NCBI GenBank assembly: GCA_965230915.1
Contig: OZ246395.1
Location: 12,019 to 76,018 of the forward strand
Direction: 5' to 3'
DNA: 64,000 nt
Source of the DNA: an uncultured Candidatus Saccharibacteria bacterium
Lineage (GTDB): Bacteria > Patescibacteriota > WWE3 > 2-01-FULL-39-13
In this document: positions 48,248 to 58,430 of the stretch, in pieces
Numbering within the stretch: position 1 is the stretch's first letter
Layout of the letters: every line of letters starts with the position of its first letter
Notes under the pieces: model-generated
What the model was told of the DNA's origin: nothing
What the model saw: only the letters and a program-made list of their open reading frames with translations
Database searches by the model: none
Position numbers and translations under genes: made by a program

Positions 48248-50095
48248 TTATAACGTAATTTCGTGAAGAACTTTGTTCTTTTCGAAAAGTATCTTTCCTT
48301 TTTCATATTTAGGGAAGGTGAAGAATTTTGGATTCTGATTATCCTTTGTTAGATCTATTGTTTGAATATATTCGCCTGTTACTTTGTTAAAAACCTGGAT
48401 CACTTTTGCTCGCTCGCTTATATCAAGTATATAAAGCTTTCCATTTGATGCTTCCATAGAAATTGGGTTTGAGACTCTAGAAAAATCTAATTTGAAATTC
48501 TGATTTCGTCTTTTGCTATCAAATTTAATAATTTCTGAATCGGTAACCACATAAACGCTTCCGTTATCAATTAACATTGATCGGGCGTTTGATAATGTTT
48601 GGTCAGCCGCGAGCCATTCTTTTGCCGTGGTTTTATCAGTCGTAGATGCGTCGATTGGATATGTGTAAATTTTATCTTTTGTTAAAAAGTACAAAGAACT
48701 TGAATATGGATACATATCTATAATACCTGAGACTCCCGGTAAGTAGTCATCAACTTTTTCAGGACTGGTTGGCTTTAAAACATAAAATTTATTGCTGTCT
48801 CCTAAATAACAGTAGTTAAGATCGCACTCTAAGAATTGTGGGAGGGCTGATTCTTCAAAGCTTCCGAATATGCTTTTAGATTCTTTTGTTTTTGGGTCGA
48901 TACTATAAAGTTTTTTGTTTGATGCATCTAGGATTAAGATTTTATCCAATGTTGTACTAATTCCGGTTATAGTTGGAGTTTCGCCTATACTGTTCAGATC
49001 CATAAAAACTGGGTATAGATCAGTATCGCTTTTTAGTTCGGGGGATATTGAAGCTCCCATTACAGATGGGTTTGCAACCACTAGTGAAACTCGGGATTCG
49101 ATATCGTTTGCGATATGTCCTTGTGGCTCGGTAAAAATTTTATAAGCAACTAGTGCGAATACCATCACCATCGCTAATCCTACAGCTGCACGTTTTTTCG
49201 CTTTTTTACTTGTCTTTGAAGCTTTCTTAGGACCCTTAGGCATATTAACTGCCCCAGAAGTAGCAGTTGGGGTGGATAATCCCGAGATTGATGATACTGG
49301 GGCTGTCTTTTTATTTTGATAGAACTTAAATCGGTCGGAAAGTTTTTCATTGTCAGAAAATCTAGATCTAAATTTTAGAAATGACGTTGATATAGCTTCT
49401 TTTAGTCTTGAGTCTGACTGTTTGCTGGAACCACTTGAGTTTTGCTTTTCGATTATAGCTACCTTTATTAAAAGTGCGGCTAATTCATCTTTTTCGGCAT
49501 GCGACGCAATAGTTTGGGAGATATTTCCTAGTGAATTTATAACGTCATTAGCTGGAAAAGTTTGTGCGAATTTATCAGTCCCTATAATAACAACATCCTG
49601 ATCGTCTAATATGCCTGAGTTTGTCCAAAGTTCATTTGTTGCAGGGCTTAAGGAGAGGTTTCTAACACCGGTTCCTCGGACAAGATAAACCGCTGGGGAA
49701 CCCAAGTAGCTTGTATAGAGCACTCTGTTCCATATTAACGCTGTGGCAAAGTTAAGCTTAAAGTTTGCTTCTACTGATCCCAATGAGAGTGACTCGTCTT
49801 TTGACTTTATGGTTAAAACTAGCTTTAAGGCTCTATTTAAGGCTTTTTCTAAAGAATGAAGCGGGGTTTCCTCGGTTAGTCTATAAAAGTTTTCTTGCAC
49901 ACTGTCTAAGAATAAAGAAGCTGTGTCCTTAAGGTTAAAATCTCCATTAGCGCTGATTCTAAGCGTTATAAATAGTCTGCCCCGTTTGGCCAACATTTGT
50001 TCGCTAGGGACATCAAATTCATGCGTAATAACGATGTTTTTGGCCTCAGGGTTATAGTTTGCTCCTATGTTTTGGACTTTTAAAGAGATTTCCAT
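48248..50095 (-). CDS. Bitopic protein: degenerate PP2C-like N-domain, TM, extracellular beta-propeller
   Basis: LGSPAVYLVRG and DVVIIGTD resemble PP2C strands; LYILD/ILILD propeller repeats. Confidence 0.55.
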   Translation of the reverse strand: MEISLKVQNIGANYNPEAKNIVITHEFDVPSEQMLAKRGRLFITLRISANGDFNLKDTASLFLDSVQENFYRLTEETPLHSLEKALNRALKLVLTIKSKDESLSLGSVEANFKLNFATALIWNRVLYTSYLGSPAVYLVRGTGVRNLSLSPATNELWTNSGILDDQDVVIIGTDKFAQTFPANDVINSLGNISQTIASHAEKDELAALLIKVAIIEKQNSSGSSKQSDSRLKEAISTSFLKFRSRFSDNEKLSDRFKFYQNKKTAPVSSISGLSTPTATSGAVNMPKGPKKASKTSKKAKKRAAVGLAMVMVFALVAYKIFTEPQGHIANDIESRVSLVVANPSVMGASISPELKSDTDLYPVFMDLNSIGETPTITGISTTLDKILILDASNKKLYSIDPKTKESKSIFGSFEESALPQFLECDLNYCYLGDSNKFYVLKPTSPEKVDDYLPGVSGIIDMYPYSSSLYFLTKDKIYTYPIDASTTDKTTAKEWLAADQTLSNARSMLIDNGSVYVVTDSEIIKFDSKRRNQNFKLDFSRVSNPISMEASNGKLYILDISERAKVIQVFNKVTGEYIQTIDLTKDNQNPKFFTFPKYEKGKILFEKNKVLHEITL

Positions 50096-50149
50096 TGCGT
50101 AAAGATTATACTATAGAACCTCTGGTCAATCTCTCTACCTCGGTATGGG

Positions 50150-50395
50150 TTAGAGGTAGAACAAGGCGAACAAAAGGGTCAGGATTACAATAAATAATTG
50201 CAGGTAGGCTAAGATAACTAGGGACTTGTTTCCTCCACTATGTATCGTTTTTCCCATCATATTTACCTGCTTTATGGACATTATTATTAACACTAGATAG
50301 AAAAATAGAAATGCCAGAAGAACTATTCTTGCAACTGGGTATATATCTAACCCAATGTCTCCAGCTTTTATGAATGTGTTAGTCGGTATGGCCAT
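50150..50395 (-). CDS. Small two-TM membrane protein
   Basis: 81 aa, TM-IKQVNMM-TM. Confidence 0.65.
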   Translation of the reverse strand: MAIPTNTFIKAGDIGLDIYPVARIVLLAFLFFYLVLIIMSIKQVNMMGKTIHSGGNKSLVILAYLQLFIVILTLLFALFYL

Positions 50396-50948
50396 GTCTT
50401 ATTTTATAATTTTGGACTAAATCTGTAAGTTTATCGTGAACCATTTCGGGCTTAGGAATAGCTCTGAATTCAAATTCAGTTTTTTCAGCGGCAGTTTGCA
50501 TCATAATATCTCCGTAGTCAAACAGAATTTGCCAGAAATTATGGGTTTCGAACGTTACATCTTCAACTTTGTTAAGAGTTGCTTCGGATACGCGCTTTGA
50601 CCAAAGGCCTCTAAAATCAATGTCGATTACTCGTCTGTCGGTGACTATATAAACGTTGTAGTACCAGATCAAAAAGGATTCAAAAGTAAAAAACATTACT
50701 ATTAGATACCATATTATCAAAAATATAATCTGATACTTTGCTGGAATTACAGCAAAGGGGTCTGCGAAATAAGCTTGTATTAGTGACATTGCAACTATTG
50801 GGGCGATTGCAAATATTAAAGCTGCAATTATCCAGGGGAGGTTAGTTATTGGGTGTCTTCTCATTAAAAAATAAAGGGTCTCGCCCTCTTCTTGAGAATC
50901 AAAAGTAATATTTTCTGGTCGTTCTATAAGTGCGCCAAGGTAACTCAT
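50379..50948 (-). CDS. Bacterial PH (bPH_2) domain membrane protein
   Basis: RRHP, YIVTDRRVIDIDF, VEDVT, FDYGDI, IPKP. Confidence 0.85.
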   Translation of the reverse strand: MSYLGALIERPENITFDSQEEGETLYFLMRRHPITNLPWIIAALIFAIAPIVAMSLIQAYFADPFAVIPAKYQIIFLIIWYLIVMFFTFESFLIWYYNVYIVTDRRVIDIDFRGLWSKRVSEATLNKVEDVTFETHNFWQILFDYGDIMMQTAAEKTEFEFRAIPKPEMVHDKLTDLVQNYKIRHGHTD

Positions 50949-50952
50949 ATTG

Positions 50953-51699
50953 CTAATTATAGCGTAAATCTCGGGCTAATGCGTAGGCTGTTACTTTGTT
51001 GGCATGGAAGTTTTTAAGTAATTTAGCGGATGTATTTAACGTTGCACCTGTTGTGCATACGTCATCAATTAGAAGTATATGTTTATTTCTTATTATTGGG
51101 ATCGACTCTTTTTTTAGATAAATGCTTGGCTTTTGCCTAGCTGAAGCTGAAAGTCTCTTTTGTTGTTTTGAAAAAGGTGCTTTGTAGAGGGCCTTATATA
51201 TTGGGATATTTAATACCACACTAATATATTCCGCTATAACGTCTACAGGCTCAGCTATCCTTGGTTTTAGGTGTTTTGGGCTAGGGGGTATTGGGATTAT
51301 TAGATCTGGTTTTGAATGCATAGTTACGGGTCTTAATAAAACTTTGATTTGTTCCGGCCTGGAGCTTTTTTGCCTTAGGATTCTTTTGGCTATTCCTTGG
51401 TATGAGTAGGTGTATGTAAAATTTGATATGTGCGAATATCTGCGGCAGAATTTATGGGTTTCGCCACTCGAACAAAGGTTTTCGCAAACAATACATAGGG
51501 GAAAATCATTTTCACATTCAGTTAGATGTTGTGCGCACGAAGGGCATATTTCGTAGCCAAATCTTTTGCACCCTATACATACTTTCGGAAATAGAAGGTT
51601 GAGAAAAGATTTCCGTGGGTTATCCACACTGCGAAACTTGCTGCCAGTAAGGGCTTTTGCCGCATTTAGTCCGATAGTTTTTCCGTTAACATGCCCCAT
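50953..51699 (-). CDS. comF: ComF-family competence protein (Zn finger + PRTase); start uncertain
   Basis: LLFPKVCIGC...CPSC, LLIDDVCTTGATL, LAR. Confidence 0.88.
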   Translation of the reverse strand: MGHVNGKTIGLNAAKALTGSKFRSVDNPRKSFLNLLFPKVCIGCKRFGYEICPSCAQHLTECENDFPLCIVCENLCSSGETHKFCRRYSHISNFTYTYSYQGIAKRILRQKSSRPEQIKVLLRPVTMHSKPDLIIPIPPSPKHLKPRIAEPVDVIAEYISVVLNIPIYKALYKAPFSKQQKRLSASARQKPSIYLKKESIPIIRNKHILLIDDVCTTGATLNTSAKLLKNFHANKVTAYALARDLRYN

Positions 51700-51820
51700 A
51701 GCTAATATATTAATCGTAGTAAATCACAAATCTTTTAAAGGAATTTATCAGCTTAATAACTTAAATTTATCAAATTAGTGATGAAATAAACTTAATATGT
51801 AGTATGATAGGAAGGTATTT

Positions 51821-53710
51821 ATGAAAGACAGAAATAGCGCACAACAAAGCAATAAATCCAATAAAAGTAAAAAAGATTTTCAATTTAAATTTACGATTAA
51901 TCCATTTGTTCTATTAACTATCGCAATAATGATATGGAGTCTTTTGACATGGGTAAATAGCCCGCTAATGACTGAGGTGCCAGAAGAAGTTCCGCTTAAT
52001 ACTATTATAGAAGGCATTAAAAAAGGCGATGTTGAGAAAGTTGTTATTGAAGCCAATACCTTAAGTATAGATATGAAAAATGGCGATAAGGTTAAGGCTA
52101 TGAAAGAATCTAACGTAAGTTTTTATGAATTATTGGCCCTGCAAAATATCGATGCAAATACAGTTCCTGGTGGTATTTATGAAAAACAGGCTGTTCCATG
52201 GGTAGAGATTTTAGGAAATTTAGCTATACCATTATTAGGCTTGGGTGTTTTGATTTGGGTATTTATGAGGGCGACTAAGTCTAATGGCGGGTTATTTAGC
52301 ATAGGCAAATCAAAAGCTCGTCTATTTGAAAAAAACAATCAGAATAAAATTGGTTTTGCTGATGTGGCAGGTGCAAATGAAGTTAAAGGTGAGCTTGTCG
52401 AAGTTGTTGATTTTCTAAAGAATCCGGATAAATATATAAAACTTGGGGCAAGAATTCCTCGTGGGGTTTTATTGATTGGTCCAGCTGGAGTAGGAAAAAC
52501 TTTACTTGCTCGTGCAACCGCGGGCGAAGCCAATGTTCCTTTTTATTCTGTAGCGGGTAGTGAATTTATCGAGATGATTGTCGGAGTTGGTTCTTCCCGT
52601 GTGCGCGATTTATTTGCTATGGCGAAGGAGACCGCGCCATCTTTAATTTTTATTGATGAAATTGATGCGATTGGCCGACATCGTGGAAAATCTATGGCTA
52701 TGAGTAACGACGAGCGCGAACAGACTTTAAATCAGATTCTTGTAGAAATGGACGGGTTCGATAGCCGTACTAGTGTTATTGTGATTGCCGCAACTAACAG
52801 ACCTGATATGTTAGACCCTGCACTTGTCCGTCCTGGCCGTTTTGATAGACATATAAAGTTGGAACTTCCAGATATAAAAGAGCGTGAAGAAATTCTAAAG
52901 ATACATATGAAAGGTAAGCCTTTTTCTGAGGATGTAAGTCTAGAAAGGCTTGCTCGTCAGACTGTCGGGTTTAGTGGCGCTGATATCGAAAACATGCTTA
53001 ACGAAGCGGCAATTTTAGCTGCAAGAAAAAATGCCATAGTTATTACTCCTAAAGATTTAACAGAAGCTTCTACTAAAGTGAAAATGGGTCCTGGAAGAAA
53101 ACTTTTACAGACCGATCAGGAAAGAAGCGTTATTGCTTATCACGAAGCTGGTCACGCATTGGTTGGTTCGTTAAACGAACACGCTGATCCGGTTAATAGA
53201 ATTTCTATTGTTTCTAGAACTACAAGTCTTGGGCACACTGAATTTTTACCTAAGAGTGAAATGTCGAACCAAAGCAAAAATAAATTGCTCGCTTATATTG
53301 AAAGCTTAATGGGAGGGCGTGCAGCCGAGGAGCTAATATTTAATGAAGAAACAGTCGGTGCTGCGGGAGATATTGAGCGCGCAACTTATATTGCTCGCAA
53401 GATGGTTACTGATTTTGGTATGAGTCCTCTTGGCCCGGTAAATCTTGTTAGCGATAATTATGCGATGTATGAAGGCGCTCAGAATAAGGCCTTGGGCTAT
53501 AGTGATAAAGTTGCAGAGCAAATTGATATGGAAGTTCAAAAAATTATTTCTGAACAGTTAGAAAAAGCTAAGAAAACCCTGAAAGACAACAGAAAAATGC
53601 TTGATCGAATTGCAAATGAATTATTAGAACGAGAGACCCTAGAGCAAGATGAATTTGAAGCAATAATGAAAGAAGAAGGCGCAGAAATAAAACCTCACAC
53701 TTACCTATAA
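51821..53710 (+). CDS. ftsH: ATP-dependent zinc metalloprotease FtsH
   Basis: [30 protein letters not shown]. Confidence 0.98.
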   Translation: MKDRNSAQQSNKSNKSKKDFQFKFTINPFVLLTIAIMIWSLLTWVNSPLMTEVPEEVPLNTIIEGIKKGDVEKVVIEANTLSIDMKNGDKVKAMKESNVSFYELLALQNIDANTVPGGIYEKQAVPWVEILGNLAIPLLGLGVLIWVFMRATKSNGGLFSIGKSKARLFEKNNQNKIGFADVAGANEVKGELVEVVDFLKNPDKYIKLGARIPRGVLLIGPAGVGKTLLARATAGEANVPFYSVAGSEFIEMIVGVGSSRVRDLFAMAKETAPSLIFIDEIDAIGRHRGKSMAMSNDEREQTLNQILVEMDGFDSRTSVIVIAATNRPDMLDPALVRPGRFDRHIKLELPDIKEREEILKIHMKGKPFSEDVSLERLARQTVGFSGADIENMLNEAAILAARKNAIVITPKDLTEASTKVKMGPGRKLLQTDQERSVIAYHEAGHALVGSLNEHADPVNRISIVSRTTSLGHTEFLPKSEMSNQSKNKLLAYIESLMGGRAAEELIFNEETVGAAGDIERATYIARKMVTDFGMSPLGPVNLVSDNYAMYEGAQNKALGYSDKVAEQIDMEVQKIISEQLEKAKKTLKDNRKMLDRIANELLERETLEQDEFEAIMKEEGAEIKPHTYL

Positions 53711-53765
53711 TAATCCGATTTAGGATCTTGCCCGTATATCCACTAGTAGGTATCTTAGATAAATA

Positions 53766-53781
53766 ACACAATATATTGAGC
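53766..53781 (+). promoter_or_regulatory. NrdR box
   Basis: ACACAATATATTGAGC matches consensus acaCwAtATaTwGtgt, upstream of nrdR-nrdJ. Confidence 0.7.
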
Positions 53782-53812
53782 CGAAGAAAACACGTAGCCC
53801 ATTAGAATAAAC

Positions 53813-54256
53813 ATGCAATGTCCATTCTGTAAGACAAAAGAAACGAAAGTAATTGATAAACGTGATAGTGAAGACGGGACAGTTTCTAGGCGAAGAAGAG
53901 AGTGTACTGAATGTAAAAACCGTTTTACAACTTACGAAAAAATTGAATCTCTTTCAATTAAAGTTGTTAAAAGCGATGGCACTTTACAAGATTATGATCG
54001 TTCTAAATTAATACGTGGAGTTGGTATTTGTGCCCAAAAAAGATTATCACCCGATGAAATTGAAAAGTTTGTAGACGATATTGAAATGGCTATTTTAAAT
54101 AGAAAGTCGACCAAAATATCTTCTAGTGAAATTGGTCGTTTAGTACTTAACAAACTAAAGGAAATCGATAAAGTTGCATATTTAAGGTTCGCGAGTGTGT
54201 TTCTTGAATTCGAAGACGTCAATGAATTCAAGGATGAGCTTAAGAAGCTCGAGTAG
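53813..54256 (+). CDS. nrdR: Transcriptional repressor NrdR
   Basis: MQCPFC, RRRRECTEC..RFTTYE, ATP cone, DKVAYLRFASV. Confidence 0.97.
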   Translation: MQCPFCKTKETKVIDKRDSEDGTVSRRRRECTECKNRFTTYEKIESLSIKVVKSDGTLQDYDRSKLIRGVGICAQKRLSPDEIEKFVDDIEMAILNRKSTKISSSEIGRLVLNKLKEIDKVAYLRFASVFLEFEDVNEFKDELKKLE

Positions 54257-54279
54257 TATTTTATTTTTTATTCAATCAA

Positions 54280-56847
54280 ATGCCTAAGATGAAAAAGAAA
54301 GTTCTTTCTGTAAAAGAACAAACATACACAAGTTTATCTACTGTTGATGAAATTCAAATGGATAACAACGCAAAAGAAATTTTTATGCGTCGTTATGCAT
54401 TAAAAAATGATGAAGGTAAACCTCGTGAAACGATCGAAGAAGCCTTTATGCGTGTCGCTAGTCACATTGCCGATGGAGAAAAATCCAAGAAATTAAAAGA
54501 CGACTACACTTCTTACTTTTATAAATTAATGGCCGAAAAAAGATTCGTGCCGAATACTCCAACCTGGTCGGGTTCCAAAACTAAATTAGGCCAGCTTGCT
54601 GCATGTTTTGTTCTTCCAATTCTTGATGATATGGGTTCTGCACGTGGAGGAATTTTTGATACGCTAAAAAATGCTGCATTAATTCAACAAACTGGAGGAG
54701 GTAATGGGTTTTCATTTTCAAGATTACGTCCCAAAGGTGATCGTGTTAGCGCGAGTAATGGGGTTGCGAGCGGTCCTGTAAGCTTTTTAGAAGCTTATGA
54801 CAAAGCATTTGGTCAGATTGCACAGGGTGGAACAAGACGTGGTGCAAATATGGCAGTCTTAAGAATAGATCACCCGGATGTTCGTGAATTTATTCGTTCT
54901 AAAGCTGAAGAAGGTAAAATTGCCAACTTTAATATTTCGGTTGGAGTCACAGATAAATTCATGAAAGCTTTGAAGGAAGACGGCGATTTTGAATTGATTA
55001 ATCCAAGAAACGGAGCTGTTGTAGAAACCGTAAAGGCTAAAGAATTATTCGACGAAATTGTTGAATATGCTTATCGAAATGGTGAACCTGGTGTTTTATT
55101 TTTAGACGCCGCAAATAGGCAAAATCCTGTACCAAATCAGTATGAACTTGAAGCTACAAATCCTTGTGGCGAACAGTGGTTAGGACCATACGAAAACTGT
55201 TGTTTAGGTCACGTAAATATAAATGCTTCGGTTATTGATGGAAAAATGGACTGGAATCACCTTCGTGAAACTGTAGTATTAGGAACCCGCTTTTTAGATG
55301 ATGTGGTTACTCAAAATGCATACGTGCCTGCTGTGCCTGAATTAAAAGAAGCTGCACACAAAAATCGACGTATCGGCTTGGGATATATGGGATTAGCAGA
55401 TGCAATGTACAAGTTGGGAATTAGGTATGGAAGCAAAGAAAGTTTGGATTTTGCTTCTCAGGTAACTGAATTTGTCAGATACCATTCAATGTTAACGAGC
55501 GTAGAATTAGCACAAGAAAAAGGAGCTTTTCCTGGAATAAAAGGTAGCATTTACGATCCTGAAGATGTGAAATGGGCTATTCCAACTTCTTTAGTCGAAT
55601 ACAATTTAGATTTAGAAAGACCGAGACTAGATTGGAACAAAGTTTATACAGGTATCAAAAAATTTGGAATTCGAAATTCAACACAGACAACAATTGCTCC
55701 AACTGGAACAACTGCAACTGTTTATGGGTTAGAAGGTTATGGATGCGAGCCGGTGTTTGCTTTGGCTTATTACAGAAATGTCTATCAATCAGCTGGTGGA
55801 GATAAAAATCTTCAATTAACTTATGTTAGCCCTTCATTTGAGAAAGCTTTAAATGATAGTGATCTAGATGAAGCTACAAAGAAACAAATTATCGAAGAAT
55901 CAATTAATCAGGGAACAATTCAACATTTAGATAATGTTCCAGAAAATATTAAAAATACATTTGTTGTGTCTGCTGATATTACTGCCGATGAACATGTTTG
56001 GATGCAAGCGGTTATTCAAAGATTTATTGATAATTCGATTTCTAAGACATGTAACTTCCCTGAAGGTGCAACCAAGGAAGACGTTAAAGAGGCTTATCAG
56101 AAAGCTTGGGATTTAGGATGCAAAGGTTTGACCGTTTATGTAACTGGTTCACGTCAGGAAGTTGTTTTAGAAACTAAAGCTACAAAAGATAAAAAAGCTG
56201 GAAGCGAAGCTGCCGCTGAGGTTGTCGAAGAATTTGAGGCAAAACGGCCAAGACCAAGTGTTGTTGTTGGGCGAACACATGAGATTTCAACTCCATTTGG
56301 AAAAGCTTTTATTACTGTTAACAGAAATGGTGCAACAGGCCGACAACCATTCGAAGTCTTTATAACCATTGGTAAATCAGGAACCGATGCTGCTGGGTAT
56401 GCAGAAGCATTAGGCCGCTTAATCAGCGGATGGTTGAGAAGTTCGAAAGATCCAAATAAAGCTTTAGAAGAAGTAGCTCATCAACTACGTGGAATTGGGG
56501 GCTCGACAAGCATCGGATTTGGAATTGGAAGAGTTAGCAGTATTCCAGATGCAGTAGCTAAAGTTTTGATTAACGAATTGAACTTAAGTCATAAATTAGA
56601 AGGTAATTCAGAGAATATGTTATTAGAAACTGGAGAAGATTATCGTCAGGACAGTTTATTCGAAAAAATTTCTGTTGACGCTACATCTAGCGCTCCAGCA
56701 GAAGCTGCTGTCGGTTCTTCAGCTGTTTCAAAGTCTTTAGGTGCAGTATTTAAGAATGCATCGGTTTGTCCAGAGTGCAATAATTTGACTCTGATCGAAA
56801 CTGAAGGATGCGTAAAGTGCAGTAATTGCGCTTACACTCGTTGCTAA
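54280..56847 (+). CDS. nrdJ: Class II (adenosylcobalamin-dependent) ribonucleotide reductase with TSCPD and Zn-ribbon C-terminus
   Basis: PNTPT, LAACFV, QGGTRRGANM, TNPCGEQ, TIAPTGT, SKTCN, PFEVF, CPEC...EGCVKCSNCAYTRC. Confidence 0.93.
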   Translation: MPKMKKKVLSVKEQTYTSLSTVDEIQMDNNAKEIFMRRYALKNDEGKPRETIEEAFMRVASHIADGEKSKKLKDDYTSYFYKLMAEKRFVPNTPTWSGSKTKLGQLAACFVLPILDDMGSARGGIFDTLKNAALIQQTGGGNGFSFSRLRPKGDRVSASNGVASGPVSFLEAYDKAFGQIAQGGTRRGANMAVLRIDHPDVREFIRSKAEEGKIANFNISVGVTDKFMKALKEDGDFELINPRNGAVVETVKAKELFDEIVEYAYRNGEPGVLFLDAANRQNPVPNQYELEATNPCGEQWLGPYENCCLGHVNINASVIDGKMDWNHLRETVVLGTRFLDDVVTQNAYVPAVPELKEAAHKNRRIGLGYMGLADAMYKLGIRYGSKESLDFASQVTEFVRYHSMLTSVELAQEKGAFPGIKGSIYDPEDVKWAIPTSLVEYNLDLERPRLDWNKVYTGIKKFGIRNSTQTTIAPTGTTATVYGLEGYGCEPVFALAYYRNVYQSAGGDKNLQLTYVSPSFEKALNDSDLDEATKKQIIEESINQGTIQHLDNVPENIKNTFVVSADITADEHVWMQAVIQRFIDNSISKTCNFPEGATKEDVKEAYQKAWDLGCKGLTVYVTGSRQEVVLETKATKDKKAGSEAAAEVVEEFEAKRPRPSVVVGRTHEISTPFGKAFITVNRNGATGRQPFEVFITIGKSGTDAAGYAEALGRLISGWLRSSKDPNKALEEVAHQLRGIGGSTSIGFGIGRVSSIPDAVAKVLINELNLSHKLEGNSENMLLETGEDYRQDSLFEKISVDATSSAPAEAAVGSSAVSKSLGAVFKNASVCPECNNLTLIETEGCVKCSNCAYTRC

Positions 56848-56888
56848 TATTACTTGTGAATATTAGTCCTGGGCAGGGACGGTTAACG

Positions 56889-56916
56889 AAGGCGGAGCAT
56901 AGTCTCCGCCTTTTTT
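56889..56916 (+). terminator. Rho-independent terminator after nrdJ
   Basis: AAGGCGGAG-catagt-CTCCGCCTTTTTT. Confidence 0.9.
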
Positions 56917-57087
56917 AATTTCGTGAGAAGTTTACAAGCTTCGAAACGAAATGAGATTCGCGTACATTAGTACGTGAAGATTCAATCTTTGTGAACGAAT
57001 TTTAATTTCATTGTTCAAAATATTTAATCTCCTCCAGATAAGCTTTGAAAGTAGTGTAAATATTTCAACCTTAAGGAGGTGAGTATA

Positions 57088-57699
57088 GTGCGAAAAATAT
57101 TTTTGAGTTTAGCTTTGATTTTATTGAGCTCGGCTTCTTTATTTGGAGTTGCATCGGCGGCATTCGAAGAGAAGGTCAGCGTGTTAGGTACTTCGTTTAC
57201 CATTGGAGAAATGAGTGACGTGCCAGCTCCTGTTAATAGCAATACTGCCTTAAAAATCTTAAAGAGCAATTCATCAGGCTCAGATAGCAGTAACTTAGCT
57301 GATACAGTAAATGGGCCAGCATTTAATGATGTGAATCAGACTTGGACGCAAACATTTCCAATTAAATTGTTCAATAAAGGTAGTAAAACCTTAACAATTG
57401 CCAGTGGGGCTAATTACATTTCTGATCCGGATACATTGCGAGACGATTTATTTGTAGAAATCTTAGATTGGAATGATGCTAACAGTAACGGAACAGTAGA
57501 AGAAAGTGAACTCGGCGCATCTCATGGTCACGATACTATTTTAAGAATGAAAAACGATACGTTTAATATGGGAGATATTTCTGCGAACGAAGTTAAAGGA
57601 TATGCTTTACGCTTCGATGGAAGCGGTTTAAGCGAAGCAAATGTTGGAAAGAATGCTGTGTATGATTTTGTATTTACGGCCGTTGAGAAAGCGTTATAG
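57088..57699 (+). CDS. TasA/CalY-like protein with SipW-class signal peptide
   Basis: AGGAGG then GTG 57088; LFGVASA-AFEEKVSVLGTSFTIG (SipW-cognate AxFxD/E..xFxxG), NKGS, C-terminal FVFTAVE; adjacent to sipW. Confidence 0.75.
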   Translation: MRKIFLSLALILLSSASLFGVASAAFEEKVSVLGTSFTIGEMSDVPAPVNSNTALKILKSNSSGSDSSNLADTVNGPAFNDVNQTWTQTFPIKLFNKGSKTLTIASGANYISDPDTLRDDLFVEILDWNDANSNGTVEESELGASHGHDTILRMKNDTFNMGDISANEVKGYALRFDGSGLSEANVGKNAVYDFVFTAVEKAL

Positions 57700-57738
57700 T
57701 GGTTATTTCCGGCATCCCTAAAGGATGCCGTTGAAAAA

Positions 57739-58338
57739 ATGAAATACATTTTCAAATTTATTTTATCTATATTGGTGCTTTTTATTGGAGCACTACTTTA
57801 TTTTTCGAGCGGCTCAAATAATTTAGACCAGAAATTTTATGTAGTTTCATCTGATTCAATGAGCCCAAAGCTTAGTAAGGGGGATTTGATAATCGAAAAA
57901 CCTGCCAGTGATTTAGCCGTTGGTGATATTGTGAGCTTTAAGTCTCCAAATGACCAAAATACTTTTATAACACATCGTATTGTTCGGGAATCTTTTGAAG
58001 ATGAACCGTTTTATACAACAAAGGGTGATAACAATTCCGCGGAAGATCCATGGAGAATCTCTTCAGACATGGTTGTAGGAGAAATTTCGTGGTCTTTGCC
58101 GCTAATTGGATATCCGATTTTATTTTTGAAAAGCTCCGTCGTTTATTTATATATTCTTGGCGGGTTTATTTTGCTGATGGGTTTTATTGAAATAAATTCT
58201 TTGAGCGCTGAAATCGCTTACGAGTGGGAAAGAAAAGAAAGTTACCGTTGGTATAGAAAAATCAAAAAATATATTTATAGAATTGATAATTTTATGGGGA
58301 AATTTAATGCTAATAAGATCGAAAACGCTCCGAATTAA
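57739..58338 (+). CDS. sipW: Signal peptidase I, SipW/archaeal type
   Basis: VVSSDSMSPKL.KGDL, VGDIVSF, ITHRI, TKGDNNSAEDPW (Ser/His type). Confidence 0.9.
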   Translation: MKYIFKFILSILVLFIGALLYFSSGSNNLDQKFYVVSSDSMSPKLSKGDLIIEKPASDLAVGDIVSFKSPNDQNTFITHRIVRESFEDEPFYTTKGDNNSAEDPWRISSDMVVGEISWSLPLIGYPILFLKSSVVYLYILGGFILLMGFIEINSLSAEIAYEWERKESYRWYRKIKKYIYRIDNFMGKFNANKIENAPN

Positions 58339-58348
58339 CGGAGCGTTT
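58323..58348. terminator. Inverted repeat at the sipW/hup convergence
   Basis: AAACGCTCCG-aattaa-CGGAGCGTTT. Confidence 0.7.
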
Positions 58349-58430
58349 AAAAATTTAATCGATTAATAACTTTCCCGCTAGCAGGGAAAGGCAATTGTGT
58401 TTTAAACACAATCACGTAAAAACCTAAGTT

